Part shown: piece by piece, positions 13,115-27,500 of the stretch
How positions within the stretch are numbered: position 1 is the stretch's first letter
Layout of the letters: each line of letters starts with the position of its first letter
From: Antedon mediterranea
Taxonomy: Eukaryota; Animalia; Echinodermata
Reading direction: 5' to 3'
DNA: 64,000 nt
Assembly (NCBI RefSeq): GCF_964355755.1
Contig: NC_092671.1
Coordinates: 2,418,001-2,482,000 of the forward strand
The notes under the pieces: model-generated
Database searches by the model: none
Seen by the model: only the letters and a program-made list of their open reading frames with translations
Told to the model about the DNA's origin: nothing
Made by a program: the position numbers and the translations under genes

Positions 13115-13495
13115 GTGCTCTTGGGAGTATGGCAAAGCCTCTGGGTTGGGGTATCAAAGCTACAGGCCCATGGTGATGCTACTGGGTGCTCTAGGCCCAG
13201 GGGCATCAAATCTACAGGCCCATGGTGATGCTACTGGGTGCTCTTGGGAGTTGGCAAAGCTGCTGGGTTGTAGTGAAAAGCTACAGGCCCAGGGGCATCA
13301 AATCTACAGGCCCATGGTGATGCTACTGGGTGCTCTTGGGAGTTGGCAAAGCCGCTGGGTTGTAGTGAAAAGCTACAGGCCCAGGAGTAACAAAGCTACA
13401 AGCCCAGGGGTTGACAAAGCTATAAGCCCAGGGGTGACAAAGCTACAGGCCCAGGGGTTTACAAAGCTATAAGCCCAGGGGTGACAAGGCTACTG
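13115..13495. repeat. Minisatellite (~23-bp core aaagctacaggcccaggggtgac with higher-order duplication) 3' of the ankyrin gene
   Basis: Repeated ctacaggccca units; this explains ORF 13146-13472. Confidence 0.9.
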
Positions 13496-15583
13496 GTTAG
13501 AAGTAAAAAAAAAATAAGGTTTGGAAGATTAATGACCAATTTTGTTACTTTGTTTTTAACATTAGGGACTTTACGAAACACGACGGGAAGCCACAGAACT
13601 GTGCTCATGAATAATTTATGCATGAGCTTTAACAAAATGGGTGGATCTTATTGTGAAATTCTGTTTCTTTTTGAGGATGATAAAGTTGCCATTTTCCTGT
13701 TTAGGGAAAACGATTAGAAATAATGTACATATATAACCTTAAATAAACTGTTCAAATTACAATTAAACGTGGAAATTTCAAAACTCTAAATAATATTTGA
13801 ACTTCTAATTTAATTGTTTAATAAAATAACATTTTTATTAGGTTAAAATGGCTGTGTTACAAGCATTAAATTATGTGCAGCATTTGAATGCAAGGCTCCC
13901 CTAGGAAGTCTAGGCCTATGCTGTTCCACCAGAGGCAAACGATTCAGAAGGGCCCCACGCCGCGAGACGGGGGAAGGAGAGTGAAACTGTCGGTCGCCGT
14001 CGTTTTCGCGCCATAGTGAGTAACTAATAAAACGGCTATGTTGACTGTATATGATTTTACGCTCTAGTGAACACATCGTGTGTTTTGTAAAGTCTCTATT
14101 GTCTGTTACATCACTGTAAGAAGAAAGTTTAACTTTGACAATGCAAATAAATGAATTCTAATAATTAATATACATTATTGGTTGATATTTGATGAGTGTA
14201 TTAAAACTTGTAGTAATAAAGTGTATAATATAAACTAGAGGGCACTGTTTATGCATAATGTATGATTGTGGGTAAACATTTCAATATTCAGCAAGAACTT
14301 TATAGATTTCTTGTACACAAACAAACAAACTTCCCTCAGAATGGATTGGAACACTTTTGGCGCATTTAAAAGTTTTGAGTGCGGCTGGTTTTTAAAACTG
14401 TTTGTATGCAAAAGTCGTAAAAAAAAACAAGAAAAACACAGAAAATAGTATTTTGTATTTATTTACAGCATCTCTTTACATTTGCTTTGCTTCTTTTAAA
14501 AAAAAATCTTTTTTTTTCAACTTTGTCATCTTTAGTTTTCCAAATATAAAAAAAAACAGTTTAATTTATTAAAGTAAAGTTTGGGCAATAAAAAAATGTC
14601 AATTGTGGAAGATTCGGTTTAACCACCAAAGAAGTTATGTACTCAACATAGTCACGGCGTCTTCATTTATGTTGCTAGACACTAAAAAATAATACTGAAA
14701 AAAAAATAAATAAATTGGACCCTTGATCTTGCCCACAATGTTTTGTTTTATAATTTAGTATGACCTTTGTGACCTTATTATTGAGAGTCTTGTTTACAAG
14801 CCCCATGCTCGAGTATAAGCTCATGCACAAGTATAAGCCCACCCTCTAATTTAAGCTAAATTTAGACACACAACTTTGGTAAATCCAATGTTAATGCAAC
14901 CAGAGTAAATCCCCAATTTTCGTCAAATGCTTAGAGTGGCGTCATCTTATTAAGCACTTCCAATCAGTCAAAGGTCAATTAATGTAAAAATAGTCATAAG
15001 TAATTTATAATAGAACCAACCATGCTACTGTATATACCAAAGAATTATTGATCCTTCTCTCTCATAAAATGTGATTAACTAAACTAATATTTTTCATGAC
15101 ATAACCTCACCTAGCATCTTAATATAAATTAATATTATTTGGTAGCCTTGTGTGGATTGTTCATATACCCCTACAGTAAAATATGATAAATTATACACAC
15201 TGGAGACATACTGCTAAATGCAACCTTTAATAGGTTAAGAGAAAAAACGTTTGTCCTTACAGTATAAATATCAATTGAACTTTGATGTATTGCCATATTT
15301 AAAAAAGGAAATTTGCTTGTTATAGATTCACTGTCCTCTCTGTATCTGAATTTGGCCAGTATCTTTGGCAAATTCTGTGATACAACATCACATGTGTTAC
15401 ACAAGGTGGTACATTTCTGCATGTTAATTACTTCTTTTAGTCAGTTTATAAATATTCATGATATTGAGAACATGTGACCCATGATTGACAGGTGTTTGTT
15501 ATCTGTTAGCCTAGTTGCATGCATACTGTTCTCAAGCGAAACATTTTCAGATATTGTGATACATTAAGTATTTTCTTTAGTAT

Positions 15584-18500
15584 TTAGTCGTCTACTTTTT
15601 CTACAACCTCCACGTAACAGGTTCCCAGTGGTGGTTCTGTGAGGGGAATCGGTGAATGGGATGGACTCCGTCGTCCGCACGTCTGTTGGTGCGACGCCCA
15701 ATCTTTACGTTGGCAAAAGCTGCTACAGTAACTCACTAGGTGGCACCCTGTACATTCGCTCATCGCTTCTCTGCCACAGTTTACACACGTCTGAAATTAA
15801 CAGAAAATTTTTAAATCACATTTTGGTTTGACATTCATTTATAGTGATAGGTACGGGTCATACCAAAGATAATAAAAGGAGAAGATACAACAGTTCCGTT
15901 GGCGGCGTAAACCACATCCGGGTTACTATTTTCCTACGCCTGAAGGTGGCGCACTTCTTTTTTGCTAGAAGAAGTGCGCCACCTTCAGGCGTGGGTAAGG
16001 TAAAACTATCTATAAAAATGCAAACGATGATTATTTATCAAAATGATTATCAAAATATTAATAATATCAAAATTAGTAGAGCACAGACGCGAGAACACAT
16101 CAGATCATCACGATCCATCCAAACGTGGAATTAGACGGGAACCATATCTAGAGCCCGCCGTCGTTCGGCTGCTGGATTCTTACGCGTTCATAAGAGCACG
16201 TCCGCGTTTCCTATCCTTCTATATATAACAGCGCGTACTGTTGATTCTTTACCTATTTATATTCTTTGGTCATACCTACAGCTCAAAACAATCAATCAAG
16301 AAATGATAGGAAATTAGGTTAAATTTATCACTTATCAATTTTAGGGCCTGTGGTCCCTATTTCAAAATTCACTAATGCAGTAATAGTATTATACTTTAGT
16401 ACTTCAGTACTTTATATCCTCTAGTATAATCCCACCCCACCACTAAAACACATAATTGGTAGGAGGTGGGATTAGACCTAAAGTGGGATTATACCCAAGT
16501 ATATACGGTAGCAAAGTGGCTCCTAACGGTTTAACAATTTTAATGGAATAACAGTCTTTAAACATGTTTGATCAATTTTATACAGATTCAAGCTCACAAA
16601 ATCCATTCCCACAAAATCCATTCCCATCCTCCTCAATGAGAAAGCGTAACTAAATGGCCTTCATTTCCCCCTTGTAACGTACAGTACCAACCTCCCTGAA
16701 CAGCCTTCATTTCCATACATGAGACACTGTAATTTATCATGCATTGCATTCCAATCTGTACTTTTGTATTTTATCGGTATTTTGGTAGATAGTGGCTATA
16801 AAAAGCCTAACAGATTGTGTGGGCGTATCAAAATATCTTTGCCTGCAAATTTATATTAGGCAATTAATTATTAAAAGGTCAGTAGCCTTACACGCTATCA
16901 TGATGGTATACTGCAAAGCTATGTTGTGCAGACAATATTAAATATTAAATATATAGAATATTTATTGAGAGTTTTCGTATATAAATATATATATACAGTA
17001 TATATAAAACAGCTGGTTAAATTGTCAAATAGGGGATAATGAAGTAATCTAATTTTGAGACTTTATTGAAGATGTTTTTTACATCAATAGTATGTAATAG
17101 ATCAGAACCAGAGTTGATTCCCAGGGAATGTAGCCATATTCAACATTGACCACACTCACAGGCTTTGGGAAATACCCTTAAAATTTGAAATTCTCTATCT
17201 CATGAATATACCACTTTAGGGAAATCCTCAAAGGAAATATACTGTATATATGGTTAGTGCGATTGATGAATACAGCCAATCAGCTGTATTCGTTTTGTTG
17301 ATATTGTTTTTATATACTCAGCATTTATCTCGGCGTGATGGAGACAGATGCTCACATCACTATGACACTTGTGAATAAATAGCTAGCTTGTCTTGACAAG
17401 TTAGTGAAACAGTGTGGTGATGTGAGATTCCGTTTTTGGACTTTTCTGTTGTCTTGTTCAATTTATTCGGTTTTTTAGGCTATTTCGTGGTTTATTTTAC
17501 AATTACATTAACAATTTCATTTTCACACTTGTGCTAAACAGCGCATAGAGACTATTTTGTATTTTGCGCTATATAAATTTAAAACCATTAACCATTAAAA
17601 GAAATCAACCTTATAATAATACACTACTCGCTTCTCGTCTTTCATGCTAAAAAACCAAAACACCAACCTTGATAAGTTGTGCTGATTTAGCCTCCGCAAC
17701 AGCCACTATCTTGTCCGCTCTTGCGTGAGCCAATGCTTGTGATACTGCGTTGTCTTTTTCTGCTCGTGCTTCCATTAGTGCCCTTGATAGCTGCATTTGA
17801 CTGTCTATTTTTACTTGTAATATTGCCTATGTTTCATACAACAAAAAATAATTTTTATAATAAAAGGAAAATTGAATGACCTCTTAGTATTAATTACACA
17901 GTAGCTGTGTCAAGGATATTTAAGTAATGAATTTTGATAAGTAGACCACATTTACAATATGATACAGAATATCTACTATACCATGAGGGTCAAGTACATT
18001 ACATTACTGTATAGTCCATTTGACCACAACACAAGATACTATAAAGCAGTCCATTGAAAACTCCTTGATACATAATTGATATCAATTACTGTGATATAAA
18101 AACATTGTTTATGTTTTTTATATTTTAGTATCAATACTGATACTGTCTACTATTTAACCTATAACCCCAATATGTCAAATGTAATTATTTGCCTCTTTTT
18201 TTTCTGCTTCAAATTGTATTTTAGCTTGAGCAAGACATGACTCTTTGCTTGTCATACACTCTGTTTTCATTTGTAATACCATGTTTTTTAGCTGTTGTGC
18301 TTGTTGAAGAAGAGTGTTGGCCATCTAAAAAAAAAACAGAGAATAAGTCAAAATGAACTGAAAAAACATCAATGGATTATTAGATAGTTAGGAAGGAAGA
18401 TTTGAGACATTCAACACTTTAATTCAATTGGTCTTTTATTTGTCTAATTCATATGAAAAATCAGAAAATCTTTGTTAATACAGTGCAGCTGCAGTTTAAA

Positions 18501-21500
18501 ACACAAGAACAATGTTGAAAAACATTAGAAAAGTATCAGACAATATAAACGTTATATTTTTTAAAACTGATACAATTATACAAAAAGCAACAATCGAATC
18601 AGGGCCTACAGTACTGGTATTTTTATTTGAAATATTGTGTATTTTTATTAATAGTAGAAATGATATTGTTGCTACACCTTTAATGTAGCCATAATAAAGA
18701 TTGATGGCTCACATAGGTGCCATAGGGATTATACCAATAATAGTGAAAACTCCTTTAATCTAACTGACAATTTAGTCGCTATCAATGGTAGTAAACTTAA
18801 AATGAGCGCTGTTTGTTACTATCCCTTTAATGTAGTTGAAATCACATGATGGGTGTTAGTGGGATTGTACCACTCAACTGTAAATAATAATGTCAAATCC
18901 ATCCCTTTTCATGTCATTTTATATTGAAAGTAAATATTGAAAATAATTGTTGATATTGTCTCTTTAATATGACTCGGCATATGAAGATTTCTGGCTATTA
19001 CATGATAGGTATTACTGTTAGTGGCAGTGTACAGATAAATTGTGACAATCGCATCTCTTTCCACAGCCATAAAACCTATTCTTCATCCATGGTTCAGTTT
19101 TAGTCCATTGCTGCGACTGTCCCTTTAAACTATCTGACATAATGAGGATTATAGAACAGCATGATAAGATTGAATCCCGCAACCCACACATGGCATCCAT
19201 ACAAGGTGATCCCTAACTCATCTAAGCTCATAAGATTCCTTCTTGTAATCATAAGGCCACAAAGCCCTAATGCCATTATATTATTGACCTTTGAAATAAT
19301 AAATGATTATTATTACTTAATTAATTATTACCTTTAATAATATTTCAACTAAAGCTCTGTCTACACTATCAAACTTTATGCGACAACAAAATGTGATGTG
19401 CCCATATATGGAGGACATGATGATGTCATATCACTACCATATTTGGGCATATCACTACTATATTTGGACACATCACATTTTTTCAAACTAGTTTGATAGT
19501 GTAGACAGAGCTTTATGGACTATTAACTCAGTTAAAAGCCTACCATTGAAATGGGGCAAAATCAGGTCCATAATGTTCATAAAACAATCAGAAACTTTTT
19601 AAGAAATTAAAATTCTCTTGCAGTGACGTTTCCAAGTCTAAAATTATTTCTTATTATTAAATTTATTTTGAATACAAGTGTATTTTATTATTATTATTGG
19701 TATATTAAACTTTTTCAATACCCAGAAAACCTAAAAATTTCCTAAAACCAGACAAATTAGGTAGACAGCTCAAGGGCGTCTGTACTGTATTGAGAGAGTT
19801 GAGTGTATCTTTGAACAATATTATGTTGTATAAAATATTATATCCATTTAAATACTATAGTAAACCTTTTAATATATTAAAAACCTAATACAGCGTACCA
19901 CGGTAAAGTTTGCCCTTAGAACCTAAAAACACCAACAACCAATTTCTGTTGCTCATTCAACCACCAAAAAAACCCCATTTCCTTTTCAAAAGACTCTTTC
20001 TAGGAATTACAACAATGAGAGCCTGCGAATTAAGCTACAATACAATTGTATTGACAGGCTTATAAACACAAAGGTTAAACAGTAGAAACATTGTGTTAAC
20101 AAAACATAAACAGTAATAACTACTGTAGTGGAGTAATATATATTATTAATTCTTAAAGTACTCTCTATTCATGTTTCATGACCGGAAGTTCCGTATTTTA
20201 TGGTAATGAGGTTTTAGTTGGGTATAATCAGGGATGTCGTTTTGAGCCCATGACCAATTCCCATCTGTTTGTTCATCTTTTGCTTTATTTATTTATTCAG
20301 GTTTAAAACATACAAAGAATAGCCTAAAGGCTAAACATATCATTTAAAAGGTTAAAAATATTTTAAATATTTTTTCATCTTTTAAAATATCATTCCAGAA
20401 AAAAATACCCAGATCAGATCAGATCATAATTTAGAAATTATTATATTATAAAAACAATTAATTGTCATCATAGACTATAATAGACATTCACGGTTATTTT
20501 AATTTATTTAAACCAAATATTATATTTATAGTTTTCACAATTTAATTAACAGACTCAAGTAGGCATTATTTTCTTTATAACTCCTTCATACAGTAATTAC
20601 TGAACATATTCACACAACTAGCATGTGATCACTTGGTCTACATAAAACCAGTGATAACATTGCTAAAAGTAAAAACCAAAGAAAAAAGTTTATTTGGTTC
20701 TGTTACTGGAAAACATTATTCTTGGAAAGTGTATTACTGTCTAGACATACAATTTTTACATACAATATTTAAAACCTTTTATAGTTTTTTACTGTAGCTA
20801 TATTTGTAAACAATAATATTTTTATCATCTTTATCATTTTTAGCTGTGTATTGTAAACATAATTATTTTGGTAAAAATATAATAAACTTTCTGCTAACCT
20901 CTTCTAGATGAATCCAATGTTGATCCGGTTGTAGTACAATTAGTGTTTTTGGTGGTGACGGTGGATACACTTGAACTACAGGGGTCAGCAATGGGGTGTC
21001 CAGACCATTATTACTCTCCAAACTAAATGACCTCATACTTTCAGCAGCTAAAATAAAAATATATATATTAATTTAAAGGCAAGTCCTGTGTTCATTTAAA
21101 CGTAGGGGAATGAGCTGTTAGAAGCTCATTGTACTAAAGGTAAGGTGGCCAGTACCTTTCCGTGTTGCCTAATCCTCCCTAGTATTTTTTAACCAGGTAC
21201 TCATTTACAGCTGAGTGGACTGGGACTTGTGCTTATTAGGAATTGAACCCATACCTTTCTGTATATCTTTCTGTCAAGTGCTACCAGATAATTAGTATTG
21301 TAAATATTATAACAATAAACATTTTCAATAAATTCCACAAACAGTAGAACAGGACACTTTCTTGTGAAATTGTTCAGTTCAAACATACAGGCTGAGTATC
21401 CTCTGTATTTTACCCAGTTTTAAAGTTTTCACTGTGTACATACAATACAGTACTCTATTATTATATAAAATTGAGAAATCCTACTAAATTCATACAGTAT

Positions 21501-24500
21501 GTAGTTGTCTGCAGATAAATTGTACATAAACAACTGCCCTTTTGTGTAGTCTACAGTAGCTATAACAACATACTGCCCACAGACAAGACAAGTTTAACAA
21601 TTGACATTTTTAAGTCACATAATATTAACATCTTGTTTTTGTGTTTTTATAACAATACATTCTGAAGCATGCAAAATTAAAATGTCAATTTTATTTTCAA
21701 CAAACCTAGAATGTCTTCAGCGTGTTTGACCTTTCAAAAATGACATCATACATTTACCCTTTGATATTATACAGATATTTTGTGTTGAACATTATTCGAT
21801 GTTTATAAACATTACTAACCATAATTTGTACTTTTCAAGAGGGTCAGTCAGGATGTTTATATTTCAACCAAGCATTGTTGAATAATCCCAAAAAAGGCAA
21901 TATTTAAATCACATATATTTAGTTCTCGATATACTTTGTTTTCTGACGTCCTCAGAAGTAAAGAATGATGAACTAATACGTGGTGTACCGCAAATTTTAT
22001 ATCAACAGATTTCGCCACACAAACCTTCAAACATTAATATCTATATTACAAGGCACATGATTTAAAGGGTTCTTAAGGATCATTTCTTATGATATACTGT
22101 AAAACACCAAGAAAGTCTTCTACTGACTTGAGATACTGTAGAGTAGAATGGTGACACTCCATTAAGGGATGTCTGGTGGCATAATAAAGAAAACAATAGC
22201 AATTTTCCTTTTCTCTTTTTCCCAATCAGGTAATACTAATAGGCCATCTTGCGCCCACTCCAAATTAATCCCAAATGATTTATGTTGGTGTATAGCCAAT
22301 TGTGGTGGGCCTCTTAGAACGGTACTTTATCTCTTGCTGGCGTGGGTGTACAGTATAAACGTTAGTACAGTAATTAAAATCATTTGAATTCAGATTGGAA
22401 GTAATAAGATTTATGTGACAAATAAATGTGATGTGCCCATATATAAGGACATAATGATGTCATATCACTACCATATTTCAGCATATCATGACCATATTTG
22501 GGCACATCACACTAATTTGAGTGTAGATAGAGCTTAATTGTACTTACCATCTTTTAGTTTAGGTCTTGGTTTCTTTACAGTTGGTGTTGATGGTGTATCC
22601 AGTTCATCCCTCCTCTTTCTTTTATATGGTACAAAATATCGCACTGGACCAGTCTAAAAAAAAATTCACACAAAATAATAAATTATATTATAAACATAAT
22701 TAGATTAAAATGTTGGTGAAAATTATGTTTAAGAAAATGTTGATGAGAATGATGATGATGATGATGGGGAAGAAAATGTTGATGAAAATGATGAAGAAAA
22801 TGTTGATGAGAATGATGATGATGATGATGGGGAAGAAAATGTTGATGAAAATGATGAAGAAAATGTTGATTAAAATATGAACAAATATGTTGATGAAAAT
22901 GTTGAGGAAGAAAATGATGAAGAAAATGTTGATGAAAATGTTGATAAGAATGATGATGATGATGATGATGGGGAAGAAAATGTTGATGAAAATGATGAAG
23001 AAAATGTTGATTAAAATATGAACAAATATGTTGATGAAAATGTTGAGGAAGAAAATGATGAAGAAAATGTTGATGAAAATGTTGATAAGAATGATGATTG
23101 AGAAGAAAATAATGAAAAAATTTGATGAAAATAATGAACAAAATGTGGGTATTGCTAAACCCCGCAAAATGGTATCCATGTAAAAAAAATATTAAATTTC
23201 TACTGTTAACTACTTATTTTTGGGGTAAAACATCATTTTTTGGTCAAAAATGATTGCTAATTTTTAACCAAAAAATGATGTTTTATCCCCCAAAAAGTAG
23301 TTAACAGTAGAAATTTAATAATTTATATACCCAGTGGGTCGTACACTACATTATTTAATCACTTTTATGATGGTTCGGTGGGGTTTGCTATAGTTTTTTT
23401 GAGGTTTGCGGGGTTTAGCAATCATTTTTGACCAAAAAAATGATGTTTTACCCCAAAAATAAGTTGTTAACACTATAACAGTAGAAATTTAATTTTTTTT
23501 TACATTAATATACACAGTGGGTTGTACACTACATGATTCAATCACTTTTCTGTTGGTTCGGTGGGGTTTGCTATGTTTTTTTGGAGGTTTGCGGGGGTTT
23601 GCGGTGTTTAGCAATACCCCAAAATGTTGATGAGAATGATGAAGAAGAAAATGTTGAAGATAATTCTGATGAGAATGTTGATCATGAATGATGGTTTTAG
23701 TACAATTGATGACAATGATGAAAAATGATTGCAATTCAGATAATTAATTTTGATTTAATGATGATGATTACTGTATATTATTTATTTTATGATTAAACAA
23801 TGATTTTAATACTAATTGTTTAAAAATGATGACCAATGTTTAAAACGATGACAAAACCTCTTTAGGGTATTATCCTTAAAGACAAAACCACAGACACCAT
23901 TAGTCAAAGCCAACTCAACTAGTTTCCATTAAGCTTCACATGTGACAAAATATTAAAAATACAAAAATAAAATATCACTCATAGTGGTCTAGTGATAATA
24001 TGATAATGATAATAAAATATGGTGTAAAAGCGCTATGGACGACTACTGTAGTACTAGAAAGGAGGGCAGTTTATATGACCTTCACCTTGTAGTGTTGGTC
24101 ATTGGTAGAGTAATACTATGAATGTGTGATTCTTTACTGTCATAATGTATTCATACTGAATGAATACAATAGTGTATATCTTGGAGGCTAGTACTACAGT
24201 ATTTGCTGTAAATTTACATCTAGACACTTTTCAGTTGCAGCAAATATTGGGAGATTTAAAATCAATTTTGTCAAATCAATTAAGCCAACACACCTCAAAA
24301 TTCCAATAAGGTTTGACTGTTTAAGATAAATTTATATTGAAAAGATTTTTTGAAAATTACAGGCTGCAAAAAGAACAAAAAAATACATTATTTCACTCCC
24401 TTATCAAGTGACGTTAATTTGATTACGTACTTGTAGATATCTAAAATTAGATTTAAATGAGATTGTATCATGATGATGATAATTGTAGAACCTTAAAGCT

Positions 24501-27500
24501 CTGTCTACTCTATCAAACTTTATATGTGACAAAAAAATGTGATGTGCCCATATATGGACATGATGATGTCATATCACTACCATATTTAAGCATATCACTA
24601 CCATATTTGGGCACATCACACTTTTTTTGTCAAACAAATTGGATAGATAGTGGAGACAGAGTTTAAGAAAAAATCTGATTTTCTGGAAACTTTTTTTTTA
24701 CACTAGAAGGTCAACCACCGGTGAACAAAAAATATTATCTGTGTTCCGTATAACTGTACAGCACTATCTAAGTACCGTAATAAATTCAGTAATACATTTT
24801 ATATTTAAATTACAGTAATATTAATTAAAAGAGCTGAAAATTAAATTCATCTGAAAACTTAATTTAAGCTTTAATGTTTTATTTTTTATTTATTTATTTC
24901 AACAATATTTTACAAGGGTGGTCCATCGAGCCGAAGCTGATCATTAGGGACCTCACATCATGTAATGTAGTGTTACAAGCCTCAATCAAAATTAAATACT
25001 TGAAAATTAAAAACAAGTACTGTACATACCATACTTTCGTCATCGCAGCAAATTGCACACGTGCAGGACGCGGCGTGCGGATGTAATATACTGTCTTCAA
25101 TGAGACACTGAATTGTTCGGCCACCGTACCTGATACTTCGTTTCCAATCCTTACTGTTCCCTCGGCCACATAACTGCTCAAATTCTGATGGTGTGTACCA
25201 AGCATCCTTCACCTTAATACACTTTCCCTTTGAACCTAAGGTAGACAAATATTTAAATTTTAGTATAATATAAAGCTGTAGAAATACTTAGAATTAAAAG
25301 AGGTTTGTAGTACAATGCTCCTAAAAATGTCTCCAACATCTATACTCAACAGAACGGAACAACAAACAAAATATTGAGATATTTTTTACTTTACACTTCA
25401 ACTTTCTTTGCGGGGATTAATACATGATGTACTGTACTGCAAATCTTAGTTTACTATAAAAAAAAATTGAAATACTTTAAAAAAAATTACTTTCCTATAT
25501 ACATACAAAGTAAAATTGAATTCATAATTTTATTTGTCTTTTGTGAGGTCTTGTGTGCATTTTTCACCCACAGCACAAAAGTTAATTCCGCTCAGGAAAG
25601 GTTGAATAGTTATACCTTGGCACGTCCATGATTTAAACCATGAAAGACCTAATCGTTGGATTGGACGTCATCAGTCTACCTTATTTACTTACTTGTTACT
25701 TGTTTGCATAGTTATCCCCATTATTGGGGACATTTCGCCGTCATTGACATTATGTTTTGACATGTAGCACAACAATGAGAGACATTAATTTTGATGAGAA
25801 GGTGATGGAACACTGATTAATTTTTTTTTTTTAATAAAAACCTGAGACCTGTAACCCTCTGCCACCATTTTAATTAAATTTTAGTAAACTGCAATCTTAG
25901 TTTAATTTTAAAAAAACCTGTTTACAGTTTAGGATAAATTCTAATCTACAGCACTACACTAATTGAACCATTATCAATGCTGTTTCCTTTCCAGTAATTT
26001 ATCATTACAACATTCAACATTATGTCTCCAGAATATAAATCTACATGGCAAATTGGTTGGCCGCCTACCAATGCTGCAACGACGACGACCTTTAAGATGA
26101 GTTAGTTTAATGCAATGTTGATTGTAAAATGCCATGGTGTACTGTACTAGAGTAAGTGCAATTTTTATATTATAACTGTATCTACTAATATTATTATTAC
26201 AATTTATAGGACTATATCCATTGTGAGCTATTGTTATGTGTGCTATGCAGATTAAATGTTTTGCGTAGGCCTTTAGTTAATTTTCTTTATAATGTTGTAT
26301 TCTTTGCTTCATTGATCAATTATCACTAACTTTGGTGGGTAGCTAATTATTATAATTATTTATTAAGTTACATACTGTAGTGTCCCAGACACGCCTTGTA
26401 TTTAATACTGTACCTTTGTTTATATATTATTACCATACTGTATTTAACCAAATATAGTCCCAAATTATGAAATTGGGCAAAAATGAAAATTAATTAATAA
26501 TTGCAGTATTAGATTATTACAGTAACAACGGATTTTAGTGTCTAAATTTAGGAAATTATGAATTTAGCCTAAATTTGAGCATAGGTCAGGATTACTGGTG
26601 AGGAACCAGGATTTCTTTAATGGGGGAGCACTAACATTTATAATTTTATTTAGTCCCAGTGCTACATCCTGGATCTGGTCATACTGTAGACTGTACAGTA
26701 TGTTGTAATTGTTAAGCTCTCAAAAGTGTCAAATAGTTATAAAATCTGAAGTGTTTATCTTTCATCAATAGGAAGGATGCTGTCTATTTGTGGCTTCAAT
26801 TAAATTTTACAAACTTTTTCCATTAAAATATAATAATTTGTGATAAAATCTAAACTGGCAATTCAAATAGGCTTTCTTCGTCAGCCAATAATCTAATTAA
26901 AACTGAATAAATGAATACCTTTTTTTTAATGTACATGATGTTACTCAACATCTACTGACGTGTAACATAAAAAAAAATACAAAATTACCTCCAACGTAGA
27001 ATGTATATAAAATACCCACAATATCAGTATCCTTTAAGATTATTATAGACTAATTTCTTTACAACACATACATTTTACAGGATAGGCCTATAATGCCTAG
27101 CCTAGGCTTTTTAAATAAAATATTTAAATATTATTATTAATATTTTATTGCAAATATTGATCTGGGGAAAAATACATTTTTAATTTTCATTTAATTTTAT
27201 AAATTATAGCCTAGGCCTACTTTAGCCATCATGGTTTGCCTATCAACTTAAATGTAATTATAATAAACAACAATACAACACAATATACAAAATACAAAAC
27301 AACTTATTTATGATAGGCCTAGGCTAGTACTATTACTAGGCCTACACTGTGTCAGGGCTCACTGTGTATATAAAAAAGGGAAATCCCCTTACCCGATCCC
27401 AACTTGGCCTTGTGTAGTTCAGCATTTTGATTGCGACAACGTACGGGTAAAACTGGCGGTTGGAAGGCATCATCCCAATTATACTTTGTCCGTTTATCGT

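Noticed and set aside
13146-13472. 108-aa repetitive ORF
   Set aside because: Non-ATG start; translation of a minisatellite
18670-19290. Possible extra DEAF1 exon or nested gene (ORF 19018-19200)
   Set aside because: Stops occur in the frame needed for DEAF1, and HLEE-MANT already joins as in orthologues. Scattered TTAAAGG words suggest old transposon debris
22683-23179. His-rich and Ile/Phe-rich 150-aa ORFs
   Set aside because: Low-complexity repeat translations inside a DEAF1 intron
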